In this document: one piece after another, positions 8,220 to 17,574 of the stretch
Layout of the letters: each line of letters begins with the position of its first letter
How positions within the stretch are numbered: position 1 is the first letter of the stretch
IMG/VR virus record: IMGVR_UViG_3300037423_000673
Coordinates: 1-51,495 of that record
Strand: one strand, 5' to 3'
DNA: 51,495 bases
Source of the DNA: a virus
Lineage: Duplodnaviria; Caudoviricetes
Made by a program: the position numbers and the translations under genes
Notes under the pieces: model-generated
Told to the model about the DNA's origin: nothing
Seen by the model: the letters and a program-made list of their open reading frames with translations, nothing else
Database searches by the model: none

Positions 8220-10181
8220 CTATACTGTAGATTGCTTAAATCCTATTAACTGAAACAATACGTCTGGGTTAACATTTACATCTAATTCTTTTACAAAATC
8301 ATTTAATGTTAGTCCAAATCCATCGGCAATCATTTTTGCAGTTTCCATTCTAGGCAACTTATCATTGTTTAAATAGTTATCATAATGATATGAAGGAATT
8401 CCTGTAGCCTTAGATAATCTAGTGGGAGTCACGAACTTACTTTTAAATTTATCTTGTAATAAAGCTTGTCCAAATTTGATAATGACTTTAGGTAGGTTTT
8501 GTTTAGTTTTATTGTAAATGTCATTTACCCATTCATCAATTGAATAATGGTATTCTAATGTTATATTCTTTGGTGACTGTGAGAACTCGGACTCACCATT
8601 GTTAATAACAAAATTTAAGAAATCAGGTGTTTTAAAGACGTAATCCATAACGCCATCTTTATTGATTTCCATCTTACTGATAATTGAATCTAAAATTGCC
8701 TTCTTAGCATGATATGGCATACTATCAACTTGGTTAGAAAAGTCTTTAAGTGCTTCTAATAATTGGGTGTTCATGTTTGAGTTATTGTTATTTTCTGCTA
8801 TTACTTTTTCTAAGTTAAGTTTTAATGTTTTTGCTTGCTCTAGTGATTGTCTAATTTCAGCCTGACGTTGCTTTAGTTCTCCAATTTCATCGTCTGTGGC
8901 ATCTTCTTGCAATTCTAAATTTCTTTTTCTTCTTCGTTCTAAATCAGCAATTTTAATTTCTAGGTTTTTGACTTCCTCTTTTATGAACTCATTTTGCTGG
9001 TCTTTTTTATTCAATAATTCTTGTTCAATTAATTCTTTGTCTGCTTCAATTTGTTGATTGATTTCTTTAACAAAGTTAAACACAACTGTTTCCAATAACT
9101 CTTTAGGATAAGATTTGGTATTACATTTTTTTAGGGGATATTTATGACTTGAACACCAATAGTAGCCATATTGCTTACCTTTTCTAGATGTATTTAAACT
9201 TACCCATTTTGAACCGCATTCTTTACAAAATAATAATCCAGTTAAAAGATATTCTGTTGTATAAAATCTAGGTGACTTCTTTTTACTTGTTCGGTCTTCT
9301 CTGATGGTTAGAAGTTGTTGATGTCTTTCCATTGTTCTACATGGTTCATGTTCACCTATGCCAATAATCCATTCATCATGATCTTTCTTATGACCCTTGC
9401 CATCATGTTTGTTGTAAGCAATCTCACCAGTATAAAATGGATTTGTTAGTATATTTCTAACGGTATCCTTAGACATTGGAACCAGTTCATTTGGCTTGTT
9501 TACAACGGTTCTAAACACCTTTCCTGCAACACGTTTACCCATACCTTTAATCTCTTCGCCATTTAACCATTTAGTAATTGCATACTCACCTAATCCGCTA
9601 ATATATAATTCCTCTACTTCTTTAACCACTTCAATTTCTTCTGGAATTTGTATATTCATTCCATCCACACGTTTATATCCATAAGGAGGTCTTCCACCAA
9701 TCCATTCTCCATTACGTGCTTTGTTTTGTAATACAGCAGTTGTACGTTGTGAAGTTATTGCAGCTTCTAATTCTGCAATTAAAGCAAATTGTCCCTCAAT
9801 AAAATTCCCTGTTGGGTCATTTGCTTGTGCAGATACTTCTCCTTTGGCAGAAAAGATGATTTCAACTTTATATTTTTGAAGGTTTTTGCGAAGGTAAATG
9901 GCATGACCTACATTTCTAGCCAAACGGTCACGTTTAAACACAATTAACTTATCAAACAATCCGTCCTTTGCATCGTTTAACATCTCCATTAATGCTGGAC
10001 GGTCTTCTAGGTCAGTTTTGGATGCAGAAATTCCGGGGTCAGTATATATTTTAAAGAGTTCACCTTTATTCTCTTGAATAATTGCTCTTGCTAAACTTTC
10101 TTGCATTGCAATAGAATCGCCTTCTTGAACCTGTTGTTCACTAGATACACGAATATAAACTGCATAGCGTGAATTCTCCAT
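8220..10181 (-). CDS. Large serine recombinase (integrase) with extra C-terminal XRE-like HTH
   Basis: YIRVSS catalytic motif, DRLAR, PPYGY recombinase domain, LLTGLLFCKECG zinc ribbon, coiled coil. Confidence 0.92.
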   Translation of the reverse strand: MENSRYAVYIRVSSEQQVQEGDSIAMQESLARAIIQENKGELFKIYTDPGISASKTDLEDRPALMEMLNDAKDGLFDKLIVFKRDRLARNVGHAIYLRKNLQKYKVEIIFSAKGEVSAQANDPTGNFIEGQFALIAELEAAITSQRTTAVLQNKARNGEWIGGRPPYGYKRVDGMNIQIPEEIEVVKEVEELYISGLGEYAITKWLNGEEIKGMGKRVAGKVFRTVVNKPNELVPMSKDTVRNILTNPFYTGEIAYNKHDGKGHKKDHDEWIIGIGEHEPCRTMERHQQLLTIREDRTSKKKSPRFYTTEYLLTGLLFCKECGSKWVSLNTSRKGKQYGYYWCSSHKYPLKKCNTKSYPKELLETVVFNFVKEINQQIEADKELIEQELLNKKDQQNEFIKEEVKNLEIKIADLERRRKRNLELQEDATDDEIGELKQRQAEIRQSLEQAKTLKLNLEKVIAENNNNSNMNTQLLEALKDFSNQVDSMPYHAKKAILDSIISKMEINKDGVMDYVFKTPDFLNFVINNGESEFSQSPKNITLEYHYSIDEWVNDIYNKTKQNLPKVIIKFGQALLQDKFKSKFVTPTRLSKATGIPSYHYDNYLNNDKLPRMETAKMIADGFGLTLNDFVKELDVNVNPDVLFQLIGFKQSTV

Positions 10182-10237
10182 ATTATATACCTCATCTGTT
10201 ATGTTTTTTGGTGTGTTTATTATCCTATATTTTACTT

Positions 10238-10278
10238 CAAAGAAAATAAATCGACAAGTTAATATCCTGTCGATTTAT
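10238..10278 (-). terminator. Terminator ending the long minus-strand operon before the integrase
   Basis: ATAAATCGACA...TGTCGATTTAT inverted repeat followed by TTTCTTT on minus. Confidence 0.65.
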
Positions 10279-10417
10279 CATTAATGATACTATTTTGATG
10301 ATTTCGGATTATTTGGTTTATTAGTTCACGTATAATTAACTGTTTTGCATTTGTTAGGGCTTTTTCATCATTAAGAAATGTAATCTTCCCAATACTAACT
10401 TGATTCTTTCTCCCCAT
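10259..10417 (-). CDS. 52-aa protein (MGRKNQVSIGK...), candidate recombination directionality factor
   Basis: Translated by hand; RBS GGAGAGTGGTG; last gene of the lytic operon next to the integrase. RDF role is positional inference. Confidence 0.5.
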   Translation of the reverse strand: MGRKNQVSIGKITFLNDEKALTNAKQLIIRELINQIIRNHQNSIINDKSTGY

Positions 10418-10464
10418 ATCACCACTCTCCCATTACAGAATCTCTATGTATTTGTAGGATTGTC

Positions 10465-11001
10465 CTATTCACTTTTCATCAACTTACCGAGCAACTTCTT
10501 AACGTCATAGAAGTAATGAACTTTCTTCTTGGCGTTTAATATTTCTACTCCAACCTCTTTGCAAGTATCTAAACTAATACTACTTTTGTTTATTTTACTT
10601 TTATATGTATGTTGAGTTGTGATTCCTTCTGCTACATTCTTTACATTGATGAAATCATTAATGTGTACAAAACAAGTATAATTATCTGCTTCTCTGAAGT
10701 TGAATATAAAACCTGCAATTACAAAATTATATTGTGTTGCTTCTTGTAAATTTGTTATCTGATGGGGTTTGATTATTTTAGGATCAAAACTAATTGACTT
10801 CTGACCAGTTGATTTAAACTCTATAGGGAACAAATATCCGTTGTGAAAGATAAGCGAGTCGTATTTGTTCTGACCAATTCTGATTCGTGTTCTTAAATCA
10901 GGTGGAATACTCACATCTTTAATGCGATGATAAAATATCTTTTGTGATTTACAACTGCTCTCAATATCAGTCTCAAATTGCTTGCCTTCTGATTTAGCCA
11001 A
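10465..11001 (-). CDS. recU: Holliday junction resolvase, RecU family
   Basis: GKQFE, YD..., IEFKST, IKPHQI motifs. Confidence 0.75.
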   Translation of the reverse strand: MAKSEGKQFETDIESSCKSQKIFYHRIKDVSIPPDLRTRIRIGQNKYDSLIFHNGYLFPIEFKSTGQKSISFDPKIIKPHQITNLQEATQYNFVIAGFIFNFREADNYTCFVHINDFINVKNVAEGITTQHTYKSKINKSSISLDTCKEVGVEILNAKKKVHYFYDVKKLLGKLMKSE

Positions 11002-11043
11002 ATAATCCTCTCCTATTCATATGTATTTATTATAATTTTATAT

Positions 11044-11304
11044 TTATTTACTACCTCTCTTAGTTGTTCTATTTCCGCTATGGAATGCGCTATTATAAGC
11101 AACCAATGAACTACCATAAAGATTAAGCATATGTCTATTCCCGGTATATGTATCGCTCACATTAAGAATGCTATCTACTTTATACGTAGTGTTAATAATA
11201 TTCTTTGCTTCGAGTCTAGATTGTGCTTTTACAACAATGATAGCACGTTCTCCGCCACTTTCAATTTGGCAATAAAAGCGTCCTTTTATACTTTTACTCT
11301 TCAT
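11044..11304 (-). CDS. Hypothetical protein
   Basis: RBS GAGGAGG; operon context. Confidence 0.6.
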   Translation of the reverse strand: MKSKSIKGRFYCQIESGGERAIIVVKAQSRLEAKNIINTTYKVDSILNVSDTYTGNRHMLNLYGSSLVAYNSAFHSGNRTTKRGSK

Positions 11305-11632
11305 CATTATCCTCCTCTTCATCTTCTTCCTTCCCTTTCTTTTCCTTCACTCTATCCTCATTCAACTTATACGCTTTTACAGACTTTAGAATAGCCTTTT
11401 CGCTTGATTTAATTTGTTCTAATACTCTTTCTAGGGTGGTCTCCTGTAAGTCTCTAATATCTTCTTGTAGAACCTTAAACAAGGCCACTTCAATTTTCGG
11501 GTAAAAACCAATGAAGTTCCAGTCCATGCGCTCAGTTTTCTTTATTTTATTAATGATTTTTTCATATTTGTATAACATAAAATTTAGATCGTCACTATCA
11601 ATCCGATACTTATCATTGATATTTAATTTCAT
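11294..11632 (-). CDS. Hypothetical phage protein (DUF5405-like)
   Basis: YRIDSDDLNFML...W..IGFYP pattern; ATGA overlap. Confidence 0.6.
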   Translation of the reverse strand: MKLNINDKYRIDSDDLNFMLYKYEKIINKIKKTERMDWNFIGFYPKIEVALFKVLQEDIRDLQETTLERVLEQIKSSEKAILKSVKAYKLNEDRVKEKKGKEEDEEEDNDEE

Positions 11633-11982
11633 TTCTTAGCCTCCAACTCATATTGCTTTAATTCCTCAATTAATTCATCTGCTTTTTGCTTATATTCTTC
11701 TAGCCCCATTAATTCGTACAAACTCATGTATTCTATGTAACAATCCAACATATCATCAATATCACGTTTGCTTAATTTTTGTTTGATTTCGGGGCGAATA
11801 GCTTCCTCACTAATCCAACATTCAGGAATATTAGCATTTAGACAGGTGAGTGCATATTTGAATTGTTGAATCATTCTTCCTTTGTAGAAATATAAATCTT
11901 GATGATATCCAATTACTTCAAAAACTTTATCACCACATCCAATTACACGTACCTTTTGGCCTACTTTAAATCTTCTATCCAT
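11629..11982 (-). CDS. Hypothetical protein (YodN-like, SH3/KOW N-terminus)
   Basis: FKVGQKVRV N-terminus; IDDMLD.Y..YM.LY C-terminus. Confidence 0.55.
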   Translation of the reverse strand: MDRRFKVGQKVRVIGCGDKVFEVIGYHQDLYFYKGRMIQQFKYALTCLNANIPECWISEEAIRPEIKQKLSKRDIDDMLDCYIEYMSLYELMGLEEYKQKADELIEELKQYELEAKK

Positions 11983-11984
11983 AT

Positions 11985-12173
11985 TTACAACCCCTTTAGA
12001 TTTTGATTAGTCCATAACCTTTGGAGTTTGACTCTGCGTTGATCTATTAACGTTCTTTCTTGTCTGACTACATCTAAATAATGTTCCAGTAATTCTTCTT
12101 GTCGTTGCAATGAATGGTCTCTGGAGTTTAATAACAACATTTGTGATTCATAATCTGTGAATGTTAAGTCCAT
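11985..12173 (-). CDS. Hypothetical coiled-coil protein
   Basis: ORF in operon. Confidence 0.55.
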   Translation of the reverse strand: MDLTFTDYESQMLLLNSRDHSLQRQEELLEHYLDVVRQERTLIDQRRVKLQRLWTNQNLKGL

Positions 12174-12367
12174 TTTCTATAAGCCTCGCACTTTTCGCAA
12201 TAAATTAGGCTACCTTTTGAATCATCACTGTGGTCAATTTCAAGCATGTTAGGGTTCACACTTGTATGATTGCAATCGCAACAAGTAAATTCTCCAATTG
12301 TTTTCATTACTTCAACTCCATTCGTTTTATTTTTGATTATTTTATTTTTATTGAATAAGTTAAACAT
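12164..12367 (-). CDS. Hypothetical zinc-finger protein
   Basis: CCDC...CEKC; RBS AAGGGAG. Confidence 0.6.
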   Translation of the reverse strand: MFNLFNKNKIIKNKTNGVEVMKTIGEFTCCDCNHTSVNPNMLEIDHSDDSKGSLIYCEKCEAYRKWT

Positions 12368-12433
12368 GTTACTCCCTTAATTTTATGTATTCTGACCCCT
12401 ATAGTTCTTTCTTACTATTTCTCAATTAATTTG

Positions 12434-12556
12434 TTGACTAAGTGAACACTTATTAATATAATCTTTGTTGAGGGACAGACGAGATTCGCGGTCTCGCCTA
12501 TCCAATAATACATAAGGTTATTTGTGGTTCACTGTGCGAAGGTGGACTCTTTTTTG
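12434..12556 (+). ncRNA. Candidate ~90-nt antisense sRNA with its own promoter and terminator
   Basis: TTGACT(12434)-17-TATAAT(12457); no ORF downstream; stem GGTTCACT/GGTGGACT with T6 folds via G-U only on plus; overlaps the 3' end of the 12529 gene. Confidence 0.5.
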
Positions 12557-12825
12557 TGTTCTAGTGATAAGTCTTGTACATTGACATATGTATAGACTTC
12601 GTTTTCTTCGTCCTCAATGTAAATGTAGTTTCCTTCTTGGATGCGGATAACCCCATTGAAGACTTCACCATTTCCTGCTGCCCAGTAAGTTACATCTGAT
12701 AATGTTGCTATGGAGTAACTAGGATCTTGTTGGGCTTCTTCTAGATTTGGTGTTAGCATGAAGTAGGTTTCATTATCTTCGTTGTAATGATAAGCGTAAA
12801 TGGTTGACTCAGGATCAATTGTCAT
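12529..12825 (-). CDS. Highly acidic, Tyr-rich small protein
   Basis: RBS GAGGAAGGTG; 19 D/E versus 3 K/R in 98 aa (hand count). Confidence 0.7.
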   Translation of the reverse strand: MTIDPESTIYAYHYNEDNETYFMLTPNLEEAQQDPSYSIATLSDVTYWAAGNGEVFNGVIRIQEGNYIYIEDEENEVYTYVNVQDLSLEHKKESTFAQ

Positions 12826-12839
12826 GAAACACCTTCCTC

Positions 12840-13376
12840 TCATTTTTTCAGTAAATTATCTACAGTTCTTTTTATTTGTCTTAGCCCTACTAGCATATCA
12901 AATTCCTCATCAGACATATAGGGAAACTTATATGCACCTTCAGCAAGCATAAATATCTCCTCTACGTCAAGTATTTCTACTTTACTTAGGGCTTTTTCCA
13001 CTTCCTGTAATGCTGCTACCAATTGATCAGTCAAAGAAAGCGTCTCTTCATCTTCATTTGAATCTTCGATTGGCTTTTCTAAATCAGGTATTGAAATATT
13101 GCTTACCTCGTCAAACAACTTTTGCGTTGGCCTCAAAATTACATTCTTTCTTCCAAGAGATTCTTTGGTTACATATTGAGGATACCTTTTGGATATGTCC
13201 CATAAAGCACTTCTGTATGAACCATTATTGTAATCATCTGGTGGAATGTGTTCAGATAATGATTGTTCAACCTCCCCTTTCAAATCAACGAATCTGATAC
13301 CTTCAGGAAAACGAGTTAGATGAATTAGCGCGAAACGTCTAATGATTTCTGAGTTGGATAATTTTTCTTGACTCAT
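12840..13376 (-). CDS. Putative winged-helix DNA-binding protein with acidic C-terminus
   Basis: RBS GGAGG; helix-helix-helix-beta-wing pattern in the first ~90 aa. Confidence 0.55.
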   Translation of the reverse strand: MSQEKLSNSEIIRRFALIHLTRFPEGIRFVDLKGEVEQSLSEHIPPDDYNNGSYRSALWDISKRYPQYVTKESLGRKNVILRPTQKLFDEVSNISIPDLEKPIEDSNEDEETLSLTDQLVAALQEVEKALSKVEILDVEEIFMLAEGAYKFPYMSDEEFDMLVGLRQIKRTVDNLLKK

Positions 13377-13396
13377 TTGACTTCCTCCATTTCATC

Positions 13397-13522
13397 TAAT
13401 CTATTAGTCTAGTCTTTAATCTAAGACTATTCTATTTAGATTATAAAATGATAGGAAATAGTTGTCAAACATTTTTTCTTAGACTAAGTTAGATTATTTT
13501 CTTTAGACTATGTTTTGTCTAA
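13397..13522 (-). promoter_or_regulatory. Consensus promoter TTGACA-17-TATAAT within an array of TTAGAYTA-like boxes
   Basis: -35 at 13468-13463, -10 at 13445-13440; boxes at 13436, 13479, 13489, 13503, inverted at 13417, near-copies at 13397, 13405, 13422, 13515. Confidence 0.75.
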
Positions 13523-13565
13523 TCCACCATTTACCATTTTCTCCCATTACTATATTTACACTCCT

Positions 13566-14486
13566 TTATACAAAACTAATGAGTGAATTTGTGTACTCTC
13601 TAAGTTGATTTGCAACAAGTCTGCGATCACTCTCCACTTGATTTTTGTGCATTTGTAAAGCGTTGATTCTGCCTTGATAAACATATTTCTTTGATTCTGA
13701 CTTTGCTCTGTGTAATAATAATTTTAATTCTGCAATCTCTTTATTTACTTCTAACTCCGTTAGTTCTAATTTCTTATGTAGTCTTGAATCAACCTTACGT
13801 AACCTATTGATTTTCTTCTGTAAGAACTCCTTAATTTCATATTTTGGATGCTCATGGACAACAGTTTCTTGTTTGTATGTAGTCATAACAACATCGAAAT
13901 CAATGGAAACAAATATTGCTTTGTTATCTTTGGCGAATAAATGTGCTTTCTTCATGGAAACTCTATCATATGTAATACCCAAATACTCGCCATTAATCAT
14001 TATGTCTTGGAAGAACTCTACTGCCTTATTTTTATCTGTGACTTCAAAACGCTTCTTTGCACGTTCTAGATAATGTTCAGATGGTGTAATTTGAGTAACA
14101 TCTACTTTAAGGCCATTGATTTCAATGATTTTAGATTGATGTTTTTCAATGGCACTCTCCTTCTGTATCGTTTTCGTTTCTTTAGGTTTGATTAGCGGTT
14201 CCTTTTGATCTACAAATGCTGCTAGGAATGTGTTATTTGTAATGTCTACAACCACATTCTCCTCGTTTTTCTTAAACCAAAAACCAGTCACACCATTCTG
14301 AGCCATTTCCCCTTTAAATTCACCCATGAGTACAATATGACGCAAATGAGGCAAAGTTTTTAGTTTAGATTCTTTCTTCATTGACTGTGACATTTCTTTA
14401 AATGTAGAATCTTTTAGTCCTAGTGATCCCACATTAATTTTTTTACTTTCGACTTCTACTACCTGTTTATATTTAGCCATAACCAC
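13566..14486 (-). CDS. Hypothetical protein with possible BECR/RelE-like RNase domain and C-terminal coiled coil
   Basis: SEHYLERAKKRF...VVMTTY pattern; fold call is tentative. Confidence 0.5.
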   Translation of the reverse strand: MVMAKYKQVVEVESKKINVGSLGLKDSTFKEMSQSMKKESKLKTLPHLRHIVLMGEFKGEMAQNGVTGFWFKKNEENVVVDITNNTFLAAFVDQKEPLIKPKETKTIQKESAIEKHQSKIIEINGLKVDVTQITPSEHYLERAKKRFEVTDKNKAVEFFQDIMINGEYLGITYDRVSMKKAHLFAKDNKAIFVSIDFDVVMTTYKQETVVHEHPKYEIKEFLQKKINRLRKVDSRLHKKLELTELEVNKEIAELKLLLHRAKSESKKYVYQGRINALQMHKNQVESDRRLVANQLREYTNSLISFV

Positions 14487-14540
14487 ATCCCCTTTATAAA
14501 ATTTTAGGATAGACTTGGAATCACTTCCTTATCTATCCCT

Positions 14541-14580
14541 ATTGTATCTGATAATTTTATACTTGTCTATATCTATTTTA
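14541..14580 (-). promoter_or_regulatory. Promoter TAGACA-17-TACAAT with operator variant TATAAAATTATCAG in the spacer
   Basis: 14548-14561 is identical to 48828-48841. Confidence 0.65.
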
Positions 14581-14697
14581 TTTATTTTTATTTTTGTAAT
14601 TTGCTAGGATTTCTGTAACCTCATATACTAAATTAGAAGCTGTTACAGGTGTAGACTTTAATACTGTCGACTCATATGTACCATGATTCGTTTTCAT
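14578..14697 (-). CDS. 39-aa hypothetical protein
   Basis: RBS GGAGGA; translated by hand (MKTNHGTYES...). Confidence 0.45.
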   Translation of the reverse strand: MKTNHGTYESTVLKSTPVTASNLVYEVTEILANYKNKNK

Positions 14698-14725
14698 TTT
14701 ATATTCCTCCAATTGGTTTTATAGT

Positions 14726-15727
14726 TTAGATTTCAACACCAGATTCAATAAACGCTTTCTTAATGGCCTGTGTATCTTGCATAATCTCCTTTTGAGCATG
14801 TGTAGAGTCTCTAAGTTCAAAGAAATGTTTCCATTGACGTAATGGGCGACATTGAATGATACGAGTTAAAGTAGCGTTAGGTAATAACATACGTGCAATC
14901 TCTTTTGCTCTACCTTGACGCATACCATTTTTAATTAATTCTTCTTTGTACCACATGTAATCTTGAACTTCTCTATTTACATCCACTTCATATTCGTCTT
15001 TTAGCCATTCTTCTGCCTCAAATTCAGGAATACGTAAACCTGCACTACCTCTATCCACATAACGTTGGGACAGTTCACAGCCACCTGTCATATCAGCATG
15101 TCTCCATGCTTGCAATCCTGTGGCTCTGTCAGTGACCCAATCTACAGTTACAGTTGCATGAATATCCAATTCATATGGAGTTAACTTATCTTTGAGGGCT
15201 GTGTAGTCTTCAGATAAAATAACAGGATTAAGCAATGATGGATTTGGTATGTATGGATTTACGATATTGGGGACTTCTGTATTCCCATCGATAAACCAAT
15301 ATACTTCTGGAACAGATTTAAGTGTTCTCAATAAATCATCCATCAATAAATTTTCTACATCATCAAACTCATATTCTTTGTAATTTTTATAGATATCTAA
15401 CAAAGTAAGAGCATTCATTGATACAACAAAATCATATTTGGAGTCAGCGTTTTTCTTGTTTGGAGTAGACCATCTAATATAATTATTAATCTCTTTATAA
15501 GTAATCAAGTCAATTAGAATATCGTTTATTTCTAATCCATGATCTCCATTGATTCCAAAAACAATATTACCTGAACTAGCTACAGACAAGTGACCTTTAC
15601 CCATAATGCCTTTAATCATCTTATGAGACTCAGGTGTGCATTTTTCATATGATTGATAACATACACGACTGATTGCCTCGACAAGTTTGTGGTAATTAGG
15701 TGTGTAATGTAATAATTCAATTTGCAA
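14726..15727 (-). CDS. thyX: Flavin-dependent thymidylate synthase
   Basis: SRVCY, GHLSV, WRHA...ELSQRY, AKEIARMLLPNA, W.HFFELR...HAQKEI motifs. Confidence 0.85.
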   Translation of the reverse strand: MQIELLHYTPNYHKLVEAISRVCYQSYEKCTPESHKMIKGIMGKGHLSVASSGNIVFGINGDHGLEINDILIDLITYKEINNYIRWSTPNKKNADSKYDFVVSMNALTLLDIYKNYKEYEFDDVENLLMDDLLRTLKSVPEVYWFIDGNTEVPNIVNPYIPNPSLLNPVILSEDYTALKDKLTPYELDIHATVTVDWVTDRATGLQAWRHADMTGGCELSQRYVDRGSAGLRIPEFEAEEWLKDEYEVDVNREVQDYMWYKEELIKNGMRQGRAKEIARMLLPNATLTRIIQCRPLRQWKHFFELRDSTHAQKEIMQDTQAIKKAFIESGVEI

Positions 15728-15740
15728 ATTATACCTCTCC

Positions 15741-15995
15741 CTATAGAGTGATTTGTTTTAGCAAGGCGTCAATAATAAAATCAGTTAAATGTTCGACATT
15801 CTTAATGATGTATTCTTTAGCGCAGTCTTTATTGCAGAAATATGTTTCACCAGAGTCGAATAAAACTGAATCACCTTCATACAGTAAAGCACTGCAATTG
15901 GAACAATGCTCTACTTGAAGTGGATTTTGCTGAGTGTCGTAAGGTGATTGTAGTTTCCATTTGTCATAGTTTGGTAGTTGGTAAAATGGAGGCAT
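15741..15995 (-). CDS. Hypothetical zinc-finger phage protein
   Basis: YDKWKL.SP, CSNC...FCNKDC. Confidence 0.6.
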   Translation of the reverse strand: MPPFYQLPNYDKWKLQSPYDTQQNPLQVEHCSNCSALLYEGDSVLFDSGETYFCNKDCAKEYIIKNVEHLTDFIIDALLKQITL

Positions 15996-16303
15996 TACAA
16001 CCCCAACCACTCTACGAAGAAATCTTTTGGCCTAGCACCAGTAAACATATCTACCACTTCACCATCGACAAGTTTAAATACTGTTGGAACCGACACAACG
16101 TTAAAATCATTAGCAAGATCCTCTACCTCTAGTGCATCAACTTTCAACACTTTAATTTTGTCGCCATATTCCTCTTCTAGCATATCTAATTGCATAGCAA
16201 GTAGTTTACACGGATTGCATGTTTTACTGAAGAAATCCACTACAACCGTACTAGTTTGTGTTTCTTCTAAAAATTCTTTTGCGGATGTGATATTTTTAAT
16301 CAT
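15995..16303 (-). CDS. Thioredoxin
   Basis: VVDFFSKTCNPCK, VVSVPT cis-Pro motif. Confidence 0.9.
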   Translation of the reverse strand: MIKNITSAKEFLEETQTSTVVVDFFSKTCNPCKLLAMQLDMLEEEYGDKIKVLKVDALEVEDLANDFNVVSVPTVFKLVDGEVVDMFTGARPKDFFVEWLGL

Positions 16304-16328
16304 GTGAATATCTCCTTTAAATTATATT

Positions 16329-16823
16329 TTATTTATTGCTTGACCCTAGCTGTCCCAAACCTCGCTCTGATTTGATTTGTTGAATCTCCTCATAAGATAC
16401 TTCTTCAATATTAACTTGAGGCACAGGCAACAACAAGGCTTGAGCAATTGCTTTTGAATATGGATAAACTGTTTCATTATTGTCTGCAATTCTATTTTCA
16501 TCTTTTGTAATTACAATTTTTTTGGTGGAAGTGTTATTGATTGGAACAAACCATTCGTTTCTAAAACCTGAGTCGATAATTCCGCAACGCAAAGCCATAC
16601 CCTTTGTTCCAGTTGAGCCTCGTTCTTTTAATACCATCACATGACTAGTACTAAATGAACTAGCAATACCCGTAGGAATCAATTTAATTTCACCAGGATT
16701 AACTGTCATTTCTAATTCATCAAAACAAGCGTAAATATCAAATCCAGCATCCTCTAAGCGTTTGGACGGAATAATTGCTGTTGGGTTTACTTTTGCAAAT
16801 AAAACAGTATTTTCTTGTGACAT
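16329..16823 (-). CDS. dut: Trimeric dUTPase
   Basis: AGFDIY, ERGSTG, GIIDSGFR, IAQ, RGLGQLGSS motifs. Confidence 0.92.
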   Translation of the reverse strand: MSQENTVLFAKVNPTAIIPSKRLEDAGFDIYACFDELEMTVNPGEIKLIPTGIASSFSTSHVMVLKERGSTGTKGMALRCGIIDSGFRNEWFVPINNTSTKKIVITKDENRIADNNETVYPYSKAIAQALLLPVPQVNIEEVSYEEIQQIKSERGLGQLGSSNK

Positions 16824-16825
16824 GT

Positions 16826-17518
16826 TCAAACCTCCTTCACATCGTTTAATCTTCTATTCAATTTATTTTTAATTATGTAGTCATTATATGCCAACGCTGC
16901 TTCCTCTTCTGTCTCAAAATAACCAATGTGAACAGTCAAACACGACTTCCATTTCTTTTTATCCTTTGTCCAAAACACACCACTATAACTTGAACTAGAA
17001 TTTTCATCTTTTAATGTAATTCTATATTTCTCCCATTCTTCTTTGTCCATATATGGTACGTTATTTAATCTTGCAAATTCACCAAAATACTCATTAGCAT
17101 AATAATTATAAGCATTTGCGCCTGACTCTTCGGTTTTAAACGTACCAATATAAATTCTTTCTCCTTGGTACGTTATTCGCACTTCATAACTACCAGTAGA
17201 TTTAACTTTGATGCCTTTGAATTTTGACCGAGAATTTTTTCTTTTGGCTCTATTCATTTGATTTTGTTGATGAGTTGCCAAACGTAAATTTTCTTTTCTG
17301 TTATCTAGTTTGTCGCCATTAATATGGTCAATAAATTTATCTTTCGGGTCGTTCATTATCATTCTATGCATTGAAATTGTCTTGTTCTTGTTTTCATCTT
17401 TAATTGTTGTAATTGCATATCCGTTTGACAAACTCCAATTATATTGAATTAAGCATTGGTAATCTTCTTCATTAACTAGCGCAAAATAGCCTTTAGATAT
17501 TGGTATTCTTTTATTCAA
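16826..17518 (-). CDS. HNH-AP2 homing endonuclease
   Basis: MHRMIM, DHINGDKLDNRKENLR, two AP2-like repeats. Confidence 0.85.
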   Translation of the reverse strand: MNKRIPISKGYFALVNEEDYQCLIQYNWSLSNGYAITTIKDENKNKTISMHRMIMNDPKDKFIDHINGDKLDNRKENLRLATHQQNQMNRAKRKNSRSKFKGIKVKSTGSYEVRITYQGERIYIGTFKTEESGANAYNYYANEYFGEFARLNNVPYMDKEEWEKYRITLKDENSSSSYSGVFWTKDKKKWKSCLTVHIGYFETEEEAALAYNDYIIKNKLNRRLNDVKEV

Positions 17519-17574
17519 AATAGTCTCCTTTTATTATTTCAAGAAGGGGAAGAATTTAACTTCCCCCTGTTTAT

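Noticed and set aside
12470-12510. tRNA gene
   Set aside because: Single hairpin with no cloverleaf or TTC T-loop in the right context; no tRNA or rRNA seen in the window
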